64,000 nucleotides of DNA from Acidimicrobiia bacterium (lineage in GTDB: Bacteria > Actinomycetota > Acidimicrobiia > Spongiisociales > ZC4RG35): the NCBI GenBank assembly GCA_050741975.1, contig JBOGET010000088.1:1465-65464 (forward strand), given 5' to 3'. Shown here one piece after another: positions 18,583 to 28,447 of the stretch. The translations under genes were made by a program, and so were the position numbers. How positions within the stretch are numbered: position 1 is the first letter of the stretch; each line of letters starts with the position of its first letter. The notes under the pieces are model-generated. The model did not search any database and was not told where the DNA came from. It saw only the letters and a list, made by a program, of their open reading frames with translations.

Positions 18583-19421
18583 AGCCCTGCGGCTTGGCAG
18601 TTGGGGCAGAAGTGGCTGGACCGGCCCCTGATCACGGTGCGCTCGATCGGGGCCCCGCATTTGGGACAGGGAAGGTCGGTTCGGCCGTATACCAGGAGAC
18701 GGTCGAGGTTCTCCCCGGCCCGGCCGTCGGGCAGCAGATAGGTGAGATCGCCAAGACTGGTCCCCCCGTTGTCGATGGCGGTTCCGAGCACGGTGCGAAT
18801 GGCGTCGAGGAGACGCTCCAACTCCACCTCGGTGATCTCCACACCGGGCCGCAAGGGGTGGATGCCGGCAATGTGGAGAGCCTCGTCGGCGTATATGTTG
18901 CCCAGACCGGATACCACGACCTGGTCGAGGAGAAGTGCCTTGATCGGCGCCGTCCGCCTGCCGAGCACGGCGCCGAGGTTTTCCACCGTCGGCGTGGTGT
19001 CCCAGGCGTCGGGCCCGATTCGGGCCAACCCCGAGACGGCGAGCTCATCATCGCCGAACACGGCCACGAAACCGAAGGTACGGGGATCGATGAAACGGAT
19101 CTCTCTGTCGTCGTCCAACCTCGCCCGAAAATGGGTGTGGGCGGGCTCATCCTCCGAGGGATCCCCGACGGTGAACCGACCCGACATCCCGAGGTGGGCG
19201 ACGAGTGTCTGACCGTCGTCCAAAGGGGCGGCGAGGAACTTGCCCTTCCGTTCGACCCCGAGGACCATCCGCCCCTCGAGACGGGCGTCGAGCTCGGCCG
19301 GTCCGCCGACGTTGTGACGTGCGGTCCTGGCGTGACTGGTCCTCACCCCCCTCAGCGACCGGCCGGCCATGGCCTCGTCGAGGTGACGCCGCGTTATCTC
19401 GACTTCAGGCAGTTCGGGCAC
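18579..19421 (-). CDS. mutM: Formamidopyrimidine-DNA glycosylase
   Basis: MPELPEVE N-terminus and C-terminal zinc finger CPKCGAPIERTVIRGRSSHFCPNCQ. Confidence 0.9.
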   Translation of the reverse strand: MPELPEVEITRRHLDEAMAGRSLRGVRTSHARTARHNVGGPAELDARLEGRMVLGVERKGKFLAAPLDDGQTLVAHLGMSGRFTVGDPSEDEPAHTHFRARLDDDREIRFIDPRTFGFVAVFGDDELAVSGLARIGPDAWDTTPTVENLGAVLGRRTAPIKALLLDQVVVSGLGNIYADEALHIAGIHPLRPGVEITEVELERLLDAIRTVLGTAIDNGGTSLGDLTYLLPDGRAGENLDRLLVYGRTDLPCPKCGAPIERTVIRGRSSHFCPNCQAAGL

Positions 19422-19462
19422 TCGGGTCTCCAGCTCGAGGGTGGGTTACCGTACCCCGGCCC

Positions 19463-20269
19463 ATGGAGATAATTCCCCGACCCTTCGGTGAGATCCTCGG
19501 TGAGGGCATGACTATGCTGGGCCGGGTCTGGCGACGGTTCTTCGCCCCGGCGTTCTGGTCATTCGTGCTCCTCGGCGGCTTGACCATCGCCACCTTCGTC
19601 CTCACCGGAGCCGACGACTTTCTTCTGCTCATCCTCAGCGATCCACAAGCCCTGGACCAGATGAGCGATGCCGAGTTGGTGGAGCCGACCCTCCGTCTCC
19701 TTCAGGCCGTCCTCATCGCGGTCATCCTTCAGCTCCTCGCCACCGGTTTCGTCAACCTGACCGTGCATCGAATCGTCGCATCGGAGATCGCCGGGGAGCC
19801 GATCGGAGCAGGCGGGGCGGCCTCGACCGCCTTCGCCAGGCTTCTGATCCTGATCGTGGCCGGTTGTCTCATCTTCGTCGTGGTCCTGGCGGGGATGGTC
19901 GCCCTAATCCTCCCCGGGTTGTGGCTGGCGGGTTGTTTCACCATGGTCTCGGCGGTGGTCGCCCTGGAGGATGCAGGGCCGGTCGAGGCGCTTCGCCGCA
20001 GCTTCTCCCTGGTGCGGGGCCGGTGGTGGCCCACCGTCGGCTTCCTCTTGCTGGTCGGGCTTCTCGGCTCGATCGCCGCCCAGTTGGTGCAATTGGTCGC
20101 TCTGCCGGCGATCAGTGCCGGTGGCTTCGGGATCGGAGTGGGTCTCGGCTTCGTCTTTCTGGTGGTCGTCCAGGGCCTGGTCGTCGCCGCCATCGCAGTG
20201 ATGACCACTCTCTGGTATGTCGATCTCAGGGCCCGCAAGGAGCCTCTGCTCAGGTCGAGCCTGCTCTGA
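19463..20269 (+). CDS. Polytopic membrane protein of unknown function
   Basis: ATG 19463 lies inside track ORF 19205..20269. There are 5-6 hydrophobic helices. The 3' end overlaps convergent rnc by 20 nt. Confidence 0.55.
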   Translation: MEIIPRPFGEILGEGMTMLGRVWRRFFAPAFWSFVLLGGLTIATFVLTGADDFLLLILSDPQALDQMSDAELVEPTLRLLQAVLIAVILQLLATGFVNLTVHRIVASEIAGEPIGAGGAASTAFARLLILIVAGCLIFVVVLAGMVALILPGLWLAGCFTMVSAVVALEDAGPVEALRRSFSLVRGRWWPTVGFLLLVGLLGSIAAQLVQLVALPAISAGGFGIGVGLGFVFLVVVQGLVVAAIAVMTTLWYVDLRARKEPLLRSSLL

Positions 20270-20924
20270 GAGTCTCCAGCGCCTGCTGGGCCGCGCCCTG
20301 CTCGGCCTCCTTCTTCGAGCGACCCGAGCCCACGCCGAGAAGGATGCCCTCGACCTCGACCCGGGCGACGAAGCTCGGCTCGTGATCGGGGCCTGAGCCC
20401 TCGGTGAGGTAGTCGGGACGGCGTCCATCCTTGGCCAGGACCTCCTGGAGCCGCGTCTTGTAATCCCTGAGGCCGGGCCGCCTGGCCCGGTCATCGATGC
20501 GATCGCCCCAGAGCCGCAGCACGAGTTTGGCGGCGGCCTCGAGCCCGGCATCGAGGTACACCGCACCGATGATCGCCTCCAAGGCGTCGGCCATTATCGA
20601 GTCCTTGTCCCGGCCGCCGGTGCGTTCCTCGGCGAGGGTCAGCGCGATGTGACTGCCCAGATCGATGCTGCGCGCCACGTCGGCCAGGGTGGGCCGGCTG
20701 ACCACACCTGCCCTCACCTTGGCCATCTTCCCCTCGGCGAGATCGGGGAAGGTGGCGTACAGGTAGTCGGTCACCGCCAGTTGCAGGACCGCGTCGCCCA
20801 GGAACTCCAGACGCTCGTTGTCGGACCGGGAGCCGTCCTCGCTGCTCACGGAACGGTGGGTGAGGGCCACGGCGAGCAGACCCGGGTCGTCGAAGGTATA
20901 GCCGAGATCCTGCTCCAAGGTCAT
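20250..20924 (-). CDS. rnc: Ribonuclease III
   Basis: Signature NERLEFLGDAVL and a C-terminal dsRBD (GPDHEPSFVARVEVEG...GSGRSKKEAEQGAAQ). Confidence 0.9.
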   Translation of the reverse strand: MTLEQDLGYTFDDPGLLAVALTHRSVSSEDGSRSDNERLEFLGDAVLQLAVTDYLYATFPDLAEGKMAKVRAGVVSRPTLADVARSIDLGSHIALTLAEERTGGRDKDSIMADALEAIIGAVYLDAGLEAAAKLVLRLWGDRIDDRARRPGLRDYKTRLQEVLAKDGRRPDYLTEGSGPDHEPSFVARVEVEGILLGVGSGRSKKEAEQGAAQQALETLRAGST

Positions 20925-21895
20925 CAGGAGGCGAGTCTGCTCGCAAGACGACCGGGAAGATCGTGTTTCGCCCCTTCGGCCGCCATGACCAGCGCATTGG
21001 CGATCGCCACCCGGCTCGAGCTCCCGTGAGCGATGACCACCACACCTTTGACCCCGAGCAGCTGGGCTCCCCCGTAGGTCTCGTAGTCGAGACGGCGTCT
21101 CACCTCGTCCAGCGCGGGGAGCACTGATTCCTGAAGCCCGGCGTCGAGCCCGGCGAGCGCCTCCATTGCGTAACGCATCATCACCTGGGCTGCCCCTTCC
21201 ATCGTCTTGAGGAAGATGTTCCCGGTGAACCCGTCGGTGACGATGACATCCGACTTGTCCGCTGCCACATCACGCCCCTCGACATTGCCCACGAACCGGA
21301 TCGGCGCCTGTTCCAGCAGCTCGTAGGCGGCGCGCTCCAGGTCACGACCCTTGCCCTTCTCCTCTCCGATCGAGAGCAGCCCGACCCGGGGGTCCTCGAC
21401 GCCGAGCAGGACCTCGGCGGCGACGGCCCCCATGATGGCGAACTGAACCAGCTGATCGGGCTTGACGTCCGGGTTTGCCCCGGAGTCGAGCACGATCGTG
21501 GCACTGCCCGGCGTGGGGAAGATCGATGCGATCGAGGGTCGGGTGACCCCTTTGATCCTCCCGATGATGATGGCCGAGGCGGCCATGGCGGCGCCTGTGG
21601 AACCGGCAGAGACCATGCCCTCGGCCGATTTCTCGGCTACCAGCTTGGCAGCCACGCTTATCGACGATCCGGGCTTCTCGCGCAGGGCCCGACCCGGGTC
21701 CTCTCCCATGGCGATCACTTCGAGCGCGTCGACGATGGGAAGACGGGTGCGCTGTTTGGCCAGTTCGGCTTCCAGGACCTCGGGATGACCGACGAGGACC
21801 ACTTCCACCCCGCGCTCGGCCGCCTCAACCGCTCCGGCGACGGTCTCGGTCGGGGCGTTGTCGCCCCCCATAGCGTCGAGGGCGATCCGTGCCAA
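20924..21895 (-). CDS. plsX: Phosphate:acyl-ACP acyltransferase
   Basis: MARIALDAMGGDNAP N-terminus and conserved rpmF-plsX order. Confidence 0.9.
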   Translation of the reverse strand: MARIALDAMGGDNAPTETVAGAVEAAERGVEVVLVGHPEVLEAELAKQRTRLPIVDALEVIAMGEDPGRALREKPGSSISVAAKLVAEKSAEGMVSAGSTGAAMAASAIIIGRIKGVTRPSIASIFPTPGSATIVLDSGANPDVKPDQLVQFAIMGAVAAEVLLGVEDPRVGLLSIGEEKGKGRDLERAAYELLEQAPIRFVGNVEGRDVAADKSDVIVTDGFTGNIFLKTMEGAAQVMMRYAMEALAGLDAGLQESVLPALDEVRRRLDYETYGGAQLLGVKGVVVIAHGSSSRVAIANALVMAAEGAKHDLPGRLASRLAS

Positions 21896-21898
21896 GTC

Positions 21899-22075
21899 TC
21901 AGCCGGCCTCGATCACCTCGCGGCCGCCGTAGGTGCCGCACTCACGACAGGCGCGGTGGGGCAGCTTCGGCTTGCCGCACTGCTCGCAGGCCACGGTGCT
22001 CGGGCGGGAGACCTTCCACGCCGCCTTGCGCTGTCTGGTCCGCGAGCGCGACATTTTCTTCTTCGGCACCGCCAT
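21899..22075 (-). CDS. rpmF: 50S ribosomal protein L32 (58 aa, below the ORF-track cutoff)
   Basis: My own translation of the minus strand gives MAVPKKKMSRSRTRQRKAAWKVSRPSTVACEQCGKPKLPHRACRECGTYGGREVIEAG. Confidence 0.85.
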   Translation of the reverse strand: MAVPKKKMSRSRTRQRKAAWKVSRPSTVACEQCGKPKLPHRACRECGTYGGREVIEAG

Positions 22076-22090
22076 TGGTGCTCTCCTTGG

Positions 22091-22582
22091 TCAGGAATCG
22101 AATAGATCCTTCAGGGCGGCGAAAGGTGAGTCCGAATCCTCCCCATGGCCGCCGCAGGGGTCACTATTCAAGTCGGTTCCACAGGTTGGGCAAAGTCCCA
22201 TGCAGTCCTCCCTGCACAATGGAGCGGCGGGGAGCGCCAACGCCAACTCGTCCCGGGCGGGGCCCGACACGTCGACTTGCTTGTCCACGATGCCATATCC
22301 GTCTTCGTCGGGTGTCGACCGGAAGTACTGCTCCGCCTCCACGCTGACCTGCGCATCCCACTCGGTCAGACAGCGGGTGCAGACGAATTCCGCGGTCGCC
22401 GATGCGGTGTACTCGGCCTTGACCGCATCGATCAGACCGACGACACGACCGGAGACGGTCATCGGCCCTTCGACCTTGGTGTCCCCCACCCGCAACCTCA
22501 CCAATCGAGTGCCCGCAAAGGGTCGCTCCTTCCCCGGCGATCCGATCAGGTCACCAACCGGGACCACCAGATCATCCGGCAT
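22091..22582 (-). CDS. yceD: DUF177 / YceD-family protein (large-subunit rRNA accumulation)
   Basis: C-terminal CREDCMGLCPTCGTDLN motif. Sits immediately upstream of rpmF, as usual. Confidence 0.85.
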   Translation of the reverse strand: MPDDLVVPVGDLIGSPGKERPFAGTRLVRLRVGDTKVEGPMTVSGRVVGLIDAVKAEYTASATAEFVCTRCLTEWDAQVSVEAEQYFRSTPDEDGYGIVDKQVDVSGPARDELALALPAAPLCREDCMGLCPTCGTDLNSDPCGGHGEDSDSPFAALKDLFDS

Positions 22583-22584
22583 GG

Positions 22585-23145
22585 TCAGATCGGAACGTCG
22601 GGTGGCTTGGGACGCGCCTCATGGAGCTCGTCGCGAGCATCCTGGATCTGGTCCAAGACCTGGTTGAGAATCAGCTCCACCCGCTGCAACTTTCGCTCGA
22701 TCTCGTCCTCGGTCTCGAGACGAAGACGCCGGGCCTCCCCCTCGGCCCGTCGCACCAGGATGTTGGCCTCCTCAACCGCCTCTGCCATGATGTTGGACTC
22801 GGAGACCAGCGTGTCCGCCTCCTTGCGGGCGCGATCCACGATCTCCCGTGCCTTCTCATTGGTCCGGGAGATGAAGGCCTCACGTTCCCGGACCATCCAT
22901 CTCGCCGCCCGGAGTTCATCAGGGAGATCCGCCCGGATCTTCTCGAGCATGCCGAGGAACTGTTCCCGGTCGACCATGGCGTTGCCGGAGAGGGGGACGT
23001 TCTTGGCCTCGTGGAGATGGACGATGAGGTCGTCGACCATGTCTTGGAGGTCACTCAACTCGGCCCGCTGCTCCTGCTCGAGCTGATTCGCCTGCTCGAC
23101 CACCTCGGCCGTGTCCGGGGCCGACACTTCGTGTTCGTCGGTCAT
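22585..23145 (-). CDS. Coiled-coil protein (ATP-synthase-b/DivIVA-like heptads), function unknown
   Basis: MTDEHEVS... is highly charged and helical (RAELSDLQDMVDDL ... RKEADTLVSESNIMAEAVEEANILVRRAEGEARRLR). ATGA overlap with the coaD stop. The long 22585..23709 track ORF is an artefactual extension across coaD. Confidence 0.6.
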   Translation of the reverse strand: MTDEHEVSAPDTAEVVEQANQLEQEQRAELSDLQDMVDDLIVHLHEAKNVPLSGNAMVDREQFLGMLEKIRADLPDELRAARWMVREREAFISRTNEKAREIVDRARKEADTLVSESNIMAEAVEEANILVRRAEGEARRLRLETEDEIERKLQRVELILNQVLDQIQDARDELHEARPKPPDVPI

Positions 23146-23609
23146 GACAACCGCTCCTGGAGGGCCTTCTCGACGACACTTGGTACCAGACCCTCGATCG
23201 ATCCGCCCAGTTTGGCCACCTCTTTGACCAGAGAGGAGGAGATGAAGCTCCAATCCGACTTGGTGGCCATGAACACGGTCTCCATGCCGGTGAGATGCCG
23301 GTTCATCTGCGCCATCTGCATCTCGTACTCGTAGTCGTCCACGGTGCGGAGCCCTTTCACCACCACGTCGGCCCCGACCTCGGCGGCGTAGTCGACGAGG
23401 AGACCGGGGAAGGACCCGATCCGGGCCCGGCCACCGAACAGCTGCTCGAGCAGGGAGACCCGCTCCGCGGTCGAGAACAGCGAATCCTTGGAGGGGTTGT
23501 CGACGATGGCGATGACAACCTGGTCGAACACGCCGATGGCTCGCTCGATCACGTCGACATGGCCGTTGGTAGGGGGATCGAAGCTCCCGGGGCAGAGTGC
23601 GGTGGTCAT
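23142..23609 (-). CDS. coaD: Phosphopantetheine adenylyltransferase
   Basis: ALCPGSFDPPTNGHVDVIERA (the T/HxGH motif). Confidence 0.9.
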   Translation of the reverse strand: MTTALCPGSFDPPTNGHVDVIERAIGVFDQVVIAIVDNPSKDSLFSTAERVSLLEQLFGGRARIGSFPGLLVDYAAEVGADVVVKGLRTVDDYEYEMQMAQMNRHLTGMETVFMATKSDWSFISSSLVKEVAKLGGSIEGLVPSVVEKALQERLS

Positions 23610-24175
23610 TCGGCGTTCGCTTCTTTCTGGTACCTGACGATTCTGGTATCCCCATATCGCCTATCGGTGGCAACCCGCCAGCCCGGGGGCGTTGGCGGGA
23701 TCGCGTCATCGTGACGTCGGGAGACGATCACTTCGGCGTCGCCGGACAACAGCCGGTCGAGCCGGGCCAGATCCCGACCCAGATCCGAAGAGGGCATCTC
23801 CCAGGGAGGGTCGATGAAAACCAGGTCGAAACCACTGCGGGAGCGTTGCAGGAAATCCTGGACCGATGAGCTCACCATCGTGCCCCCCAGGGCGGTCGCC
23901 GCGATGTTGGCCCGCAATGCTTTCAGGGCGCGGCGCCCGCTCTCGACGAAGGTGGCGGCACTCGCCCCACGGGAGAGGGCCTCGAGCCCGAATGAGCCGG
24001 ACCCGGCGTACAGATCGAGCACCGAGGCACCTTCAACCGAGGTCCCGACGATGGAGAAAACCGCCTCCCGTACCCGATCGGTGACCGGCCGCGTGTCTCG
24101 GGTGTCCGGGGCGACCAGACGTCGGCCCTTGGCCTCGCCGCTGATGATCCTCACGGTCAGCTCTTGAACAACCAC
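23606..24175 (-). CDS. rsmD: 16S rRNA (guanine966-N2)-methyltransferase
   Basis: RIISGEAKGRRL, VLDLYAGSGSFGLEALSRGA and FIDPPW motifs. Confidence 0.85.
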   Translation of the reverse strand: MVVQELTVRIISGEAKGRRLVAPDTRDTRPVTDRVREAVFSIVGTSVEGASVLDLYAGSGSFGLEALSRGASAATFVESGRRALKALRANIAATALGGTMVSSSVQDFLQRSRSGFDLVFIDPPWEMPSSDLGRDLARLDRLLSGDAEVIVSRRHDDAIPPTPPGWRVATDRRYGDTRIVRYQKEANAE

Positions 24176-26322
24176 TCGACCGAGTCGCCGAGCAGGGCCC
24201 GCACCTCTTCGGCCAGGTCGGGATGCCGGCTCAAATCGGGATCGTGGTCGACAATGGTGAAGGCGTCTTTGCGGGCGTGGGTGAGAACCCCGAGATCCCT
24301 GAAGATGTTGGCCACCTTGAGATCTCCCATCCCCGACTGACGGACACCGAACACCGTGCCCTGACCTCTGAGCATCAGGTCGACCTGGGCCAACTCGTAC
24401 CCATCGGTGGTGGCCGCCATTGCCGTCAGACGCTCCCGGGCGTCCTCGTTGGCCGGGTCGGAGATCAGGAGGCAGATACCGGGGTCCCGGCCCCGACCGA
24501 CACGGCCTCGAAGCTGATGGAGCTGACTGAGACCGAAGCGATCGGCGTCCTCGATCACCATCACCGTGGCGTTGGGGACATCGATACCCACCTCGATGAC
24601 GGTCGTCGAGACCAGGACATCCAACTCCCGGGAACGGAAGGCGGACATCACCGCTTCCTTGTCGGCCGGCCGAAGCTGGCCGTGGATCAGACCCACCCGC
24701 AGACCGGGCATGAGAGCGGAGAGACGCTGATGCTCGGCCGTGGCCGACGCCGCCTCGACCTTGGGGCTCTCCTCCACCAGTGGGCAGACGACGAATGCCT
24801 GCCGGCCGGCAGCCACCTCCTCCTCGATCTTCTTCCAGGCTCGGCTCTCGTCGGCACGGCGGAGCACCTTCGTCTTCACCGGGGTGCGACCCGGCGGCAT
24901 CTCGTCGAGATCGGACACGTCGAGGTCTCCGTAGAGCGTCATCGACAGGGTCCTTGGGATCGGGGTTGCGGTCATTATCAGGATGTCGGGCTCGACCGAG
25001 TCCGCCTTCTCCTTCATGAGGACACGCTGGGCGACGCCGAAACGATGCTGCTCGTCGATCACGGCCACACCGAGCTTGTTGAAGTGGACCCCCTCCTGGA
25101 TCAGGGCGTGGGTCCCGACCAGGATGTCCACCTGACCCGAGGCGGCGTCGTCGAGTAGGGCTTGTCGGCTGATCTCGGGCCGGTAGTTGGCGGCGGCAGT
25201 CGATCCGGTGAGGATCCCGATATGGACCGCCGGGCCCTCCGAGCCGAACAGGCTGTCCATTCCCAGCTCACTGCTCACCGCGAACGGCTCCGGGGAGAGC
25301 CCGGCCTCGGCCAGGAGCCCGGTGAATCCCAGATAGTGCTGCTCGGCCAGGACCTCGGTCGGCGCCATGATCGCCCCCTGCCAGCCGCCCTCCACTCCGT
25401 AGAGCAAGGCCATGACGGCCACGACCGTCTTCCCCGATCCGACCTCCCCATGGAGAAGACGGTGCATCGGGTGGGCCTCTCCCAGGTCGGCCACGATCTC
25501 TCCGATGACCCGTCTCTGCGCCCCGGTGAGCTCGTAGGGCAGCCCGGCCACGAAGCGTTCGGCCAGCTCGCCGGTCGGCTGGTGGGCGAATCCGGTGGCA
25601 TCTTCTCTCTGACGACGCTTGCGCAGGGCCAGGGCCAGCTCGAGACGGAGGAACTCGTCGTATACCAGCCGGGTTCGGGCCGGCTCGACCCTGTCCTCGG
25701 AGTCGGGGAAATGGATCACGGCATAGGCCTGGTCTCGTGACATGAGACCACGCTCGGCGAGCAGCATGTCGGGAAGGGGGTCGGCGATGGGGCGGGCCCG
25801 GATCAGGGCGTTGTGTATCGAGGAGCGGAACTGGCCAGTCTTGACCTCGCCCACCTGGGGATAGATGGGAACGATGCGACCCGTCCGGAGCTGCTCCCCG
25901 TCGTGGTCGAGGACGTCGACGTCGGGATGGGTCATCTGGAGATTGCCCCGATAGGACTCGACGGTCCCGGAGAAGGCGACCTCGGTCCCGGGTGGGAGCT
26001 GCTTCTCACGAAACCTCTGGTTGAACCAGACCACCTTGATCGAGGCCGTCTCGTCTGAGATTCGGGCTTCGGTGATGACCAGCTTCGGCTTGGGCCTCCT
26101 GCTGCCGATCGACTGGACCTCGCCGATCACGGTGATCTCGGTCCCGAGCGGGACACGGGACAGAGGAGGTGTCTCCGTGCGATCGACATAGGTCCGGGGG
26201 ACGTGATGGAGCAGGTCGGCCACGGTCTCAATCCCGGCTTTGGCGACGATCGGGGCATTCTTGCCGCCCATGCCTTTGACCTGGGAGACGGGCAACCCGG
26301 CCAGATGGCTCAGCGAGGCCAC
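24157..26322 (-). CDS. recG: ATP-dependent DNA helicase RecG
   Basis: Wedge domain plus helicase motifs GEVGSGKTVVA, DEQHRFGV, TATPIPRTL and QLHQLRGRVGRG. Start uncertain: GTG 26322, while the track ORF runs to 26505. Confidence 0.9.
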   Translation of the reverse strand: MASLSHLAGLPVSQVKGMGGKNAPIVAKAGIETVADLLHHVPRTYVDRTETPPLSRVPLGTEITVIGEVQSIGSRRPKPKLVITEARISDETASIKVVWFNQRFREKQLPPGTEVAFSGTVESYRGNLQMTHPDVDVLDHDGEQLRTGRIVPIYPQVGEVKTGQFRSSIHNALIRARPIADPLPDMLLAERGLMSRDQAYAVIHFPDSEDRVEPARTRLVYDEFLRLELALALRKRRQREDATGFAHQPTGELAERFVAGLPYELTGAQRRVIGEIVADLGEAHPMHRLLHGEVGSGKTVVAVMALLYGVEGGWQGAIMAPTEVLAEQHYLGFTGLLAEAGLSPEPFAVSSELGMDSLFGSEGPAVHIGILTGSTAAANYRPEISRQALLDDAASGQVDILVGTHALIQEGVHFNKLGVAVIDEQHRFGVAQRVLMKEKADSVEPDILIMTATPIPRTLSMTLYGDLDVSDLDEMPPGRTPVKTKVLRRADESRAWKKIEEEVAAGRQAFVVCPLVEESPKVEAASATAEHQRLSALMPGLRVGLIHGQLRPADKEAVMSAFRSRELDVLVSTTVIEVGIDVPNATVMVIEDADRFGLSQLHQLRGRVGRGRDPGICLLISDPANEDARERLTAMAATTDGYELAQVDLMLRGQGTVFGVRQSGMGDLKVANIFRDLGVLTHARKDAFTIVDHDPDLSRHPDLAEEVRALLGDSVEWLFKS

Positions 26323-26566
26323 GACTGCGCTCCGCGGTGCAAGATTCCCACGTCGCCACGGTACATCCGGACCGGGGCTTGGGCCCTCCTCTACTCCCAG
26401 CGGAAGAAGAGCACGGCGGCCGTCGCCGAGACCAGGGTCACCCCGGCCACGATGGGCCACGACAAGCCCGAGCTGGGACTTGGCCGGGGGCACGGCTATC
26501 CTCACTGTCGGTCGAACCGGGCCGCAGGCCCGTCTACCCTTCCAGACCGTCCCAGGAGTCTTCGAG

Positions 26567-26755
26567 ATGTCTTATCGCTGTGAGATCTGCGGCAAAGAGC
26601 CAAGCTACGGCAAGACCGTCAGCTTCTCCCACAAACGCAACAACCGCCGCTGGTTGCCCAACATCCAGAAGGTGCGGGTCCGCCACGGATCCAATACCCG
26701 TCGGGCCCGGGTATGCACCTCCTGCATACGTGCGGGCAAGATCGAGAAGGCCTGA
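26567..26755 (+). CDS. rpmB: 50S ribosomal protein L28
   Basis: MSYRCEICGKEPSYGKTVSFSHKRNNRRWLPNIQKVRV. Confidence 0.9.
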   Translation: MSYRCEICGKEPSYGKTVSFSHKRNNRRWLPNIQKVRVRHGSNTRRARVCTSCIRAGKIEKA

Positions 26756-26759
26756 GCGG

Positions 26760-26975
26760 ATGCCCCAGGGCGTGGTCAAGACCTACGACCCGGTCACCGG
26801 GGCCGGGATCGTCGTCCGCGACGACGACCGGGCCGAGGTCTTTCTTCGCCCCGGGTCACTCAAGGGATCCATCTTCCGCACCCTCCGGCAGGGACAGCGT
26901 CTCGTCTTCGAGACCGTCGAGGAGGACGGCACCCACTTCGTGACCTCCGTCAGGGTGGGCCAAGAGGGTTACTGA
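26760..26975 (+). CDS. Small OB-fold / cold-shock-domain-like protein
   Basis: MPQGVVKTYDPVTGAGIVVRDDDRAEVFL... has a CSD-like beta-strand pattern. Starts 4 nt after the rpmB stop. Confidence 0.55.
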   Translation: MPQGVVKTYDPVTGAGIVVRDDDRAEVFLRPGSLKGSIFRTLRQGQRLVFETVEEDGTHFVTSVRVGQEGY

Positions 26976-27076
26976 GCTCCCCCGCCGTGCCACCAGCCAC
27001 CTCCACGGTGGGCGCTGCACACGGGAGGACCGCTCAACTAGGGTCCGGCCCACCCCGAGACCCTAAGGAGGCTCAG

Positions 27077-27310
27077 TTGGTCCAGGCTTATGTCCTGATC
27101 CAGACCGAGGTCGGCAAGGCCGCCCTGGTGGCAGAGGAAGTGCGGGAAATCCCCGGTGTCGACTCGGCCGACGACGTGACCGGCCCCTATGACGTGATCG
27201 TGAAGGCCACCAGCGAGGACGTCGACTCCCTGGGCAAACTGGTCGTGGCCAAGATCCAGGCCATCGACGGCATCACCCGCACCCTCACCTGCCCAGTGGT
27301 GCATCTCTGA
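27077..27310 (+). CDS. Stand-alone Lrp/AsnC-type ligand-binding (RAM) domain protein
   Basis: TTG start lies 6 nt after AGGAGG. VQAYVLIQTEVGKAALVAEEVREIPGVDSADDVTGPYDVIVKA. Confidence 0.6.
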   Translation: MVQAYVLIQTEVGKAALVAEEVREIPGVDSADDVTGPYDVIVKATSEDVDSLGKLVVAKIQAIDGITRTLTCPVVHL

Positions 27311-27330
27311 TCCTGGTTCGAGCCGACTGA

Positions 27331-27357
27331 GAAAGGACCGGCCTGGCCGGTCCTTTC
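27331..27357. terminator. Bidirectional terminator hairpin between convergent genes
   Basis: GAAAGGACCGG-cctgg-CCGGTCCTTTC forms a perfect 11-bp stem, flanked by A/T-rich ends on both strands. Confidence 0.7.
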
Positions 27358-27360
27358 TGG

Positions 27361-28437
27361 TTAGCCCAGTTTGGAGGCGATGGTCCCGGCGCTTCGCAGC
27401 GCCGTCCCGTCGCTGCCGGCCACCGAGAACACTCTCACCGGCCCGTCCCGGGCCTCGTCCAGCATGTCACGGAACAGCTGCGCCCGGCTGATCGGGGGGT
27501 CGATCCACAGATAGGCGCCCATTGAGCCGGGGATGGTGTTCACCTCGTTGACGACGATCTCCCCGTCACGCTCCAGGTAGTCGATGCGGGCGATGCCCCT
27601 CAGCCCGGCCACCTCGGTCACCCGGGTCGACAGTCGCCGGACCTCCTCCTCGAGACCGGGGTCGAGCGTGGCCGGCAGCTCGCGCCCCGCACTCACCTCA
27701 CCCCCCCAGGCCAGGTACTTCTGATCGTAGGAGTAGATCCCCTCCACCGCCCGCGCCGGCGCCTCGATCGCCGAGAGCTCCCATTTGGGATGGGTGCGGA
27801 CCGCCACCTGGAGGTCCCGACTCCCGGTCAGGAAGGGCTCGACCACCGCCCCTTGGTCGAAGAACGAGGACCCTCTCTTGAGGGCGAGCACGGTGGGCCA
27901 GTCATCGGCGATCTCGATGCCGATCGAGGACCCGCCGAACCGAGGCTTGACGATGTAGGGCCCGGCGAACGAAGGTGGCTGCTCCTCCCCGGTTGCGACC
28001 AGAGTGCGGGGCAGGGTGGGAAGACCGGCCGCGGCCATGGCCGCACCGAAGGCCAGCTTGTCGATGCCCAGGGCGGAAGCGGCCTGACCCGGACCGCTGT
28101 ACCTGAGCCCGACCAGATCGAGGAGCCCTTGGAGCGTCCCGTCCTCTCCGGGGCCTCCGTGACATGCGATGATGACGGCGTCCACGTCGAGGGGTTTCTT
28201 CTTCGCCACCAAGCCCCGGCCCGGCGCGGCGACGAAGGTCAGCTCACGTGCCTTGCGAGGGACACCGTCGGCATAGTCTGCCGCCTCGAGATCGACGTCG
28301 ACCTCGAACCAGTCGCCCGACTTCGACCAGTACACGGCGTGGACGTCGCCAAGAGCGCGGGTGACTTGGAGACCGGTCAGTATCGAGATGTCATGCTCAT
28401 CCGAGGGACCGCCGAAGATCACCACCGGCTTCGCCAT
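27361..28437 (-). CDS. ddl: D-alanine--D-alanine ligase (ATP-grasp)
   Basis: MAKPVVIFGGPSDEHDISILTG, HGGPGEDGTLQGLLDLVGLRYSG, IVKPRFGGSSIGI and NEVNTIPG. The track ORF extends to 28608. Confidence 0.85.
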   Translation of the reverse strand: MAKPVVIFGGPSDEHDISILTGLQVTRALGDVHAVYWSKSGDWFEVDVDLEAADYADGVPRKARELTFVAAPGRGLVAKKKPLDVDAVIIACHGGPGEDGTLQGLLDLVGLRYSGPGQAASALGIDKLAFGAAMAAAGLPTLPRTLVATGEEQPPSFAGPYIVKPRFGGSSIGIEIADDWPTVLALKRGSSFFDQGAVVEPFLTGSRDLQVAVRTHPKWELSAIEAPARAVEGIYSYDQKYLAWGGEVSAGRELPATLDPGLEEEVRRLSTRVTEVAGLRGIARIDYLERDGEIVVNEVNTIPGSMGAYLWIDPPISRAQLFRDMLDEARDGPVRVFSVAGSDGTALRSAGTIASKLG

Positions 28438-28447
28438 TTCCAACTCC

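Noticed and set aside
22585-26505. Long N-terminal extensions of track ORFs 22585..23709 and 24157..26505.
   Set aside because: The first runs through coaD, which has unmistakable motifs in another frame. The second adds ~60 Arg/Gly/Pro-rich residues upstream of the conserved RecG N-terminus. Shorter starts (23145; about 26322) are more plausible.
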